DNA of 64,000 nt, taken from Callorhinchus milii. Lineage: Eukaryota. Under the pieces are notes generated by a model. It did not search any database. It was not told the DNA's origin and was given only the letters and a program-made list of their open reading frames with translations. The stretch lies in the NCBI RefSeq assembly GCF_018977255.1, contig NW_024704842.1, positions 62,001 through 126,000 of the forward strand, read 5' to 3'. The translations under genes and the position numbers were made by a program. Shown piece by piece: positions 63,813 to 64,000 of this stretch. Positions within the stretch are counted from its first letter, which is position 1. Each line of letters starts with the position of its first letter.

Positions 63813-64000
63813 TTCGAGAGTGAGGAGGAGCTCGAGTCAAATACAGAACCTGGAGGATTGTGTTTGTGTCCGACGGGGAAGGATCTCTGCAGACTTAAAT
63901 CACACGGAGTAATTCTCAGGAGAAGCTTTTGACAGTGTCACCCTGCTCTGTGATCACCAAGCATCCACTTCTCTGTAACACTTGCATCGAAAGCTGTTGT

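Larger units (their letters stand above)
58827..64000 (+). repeat. Segmental duplication arm, paralogous to 1-5104
   Basis: As above; the window ends at GAAAGCTGTTGT, matching 5093-5104. Confidence 0.95.

Overview
Vertebrate genomic DNA. A cartilaginous fish is inferred from the L2/CR1 LINEs, the tRNA-headed SINEs with L2-type tails and the V-domain types; the assembly has many N gaps. The window is part of a T-cell receptor alpha/delta-type V-segment array. It holds six V segments with 23-bp-spacer RSSs in mixed orientation: 2 apparently functional, 1 intact V exon with a broken leader, 2 pseudogenes forming an inverted pair, and 1 decayed relic. I found no D, J or C segments. The main finding is a complete 13-exon, 706-aa type I receptor gene on the minus strand (47321-63812), reconstructed by hand from splice sites and phases. 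Its architecture is a split leader (25 nt + 36 nt), three SRCR domains with paired cysteine losses, three LRC-like C2 Ig domains, an uncharged TM and a tail with two canonical ITIMs plus a terminal Tyr motif. A near-identical paralog (by eye) begins at the left edge (1-5104 matches 58827-64000), implying a repeat unit of about 58.8 kb that carries one SRCR-Ig-ITIM receptor plus TCR V segments. The remainder is retroelements, minisatellites, CT/GT microsatellite blocks and several promoter-like CpG or motif clusters. The long S/L-rich and C/V-rich ORFs in the track are microsatellite artefacts.
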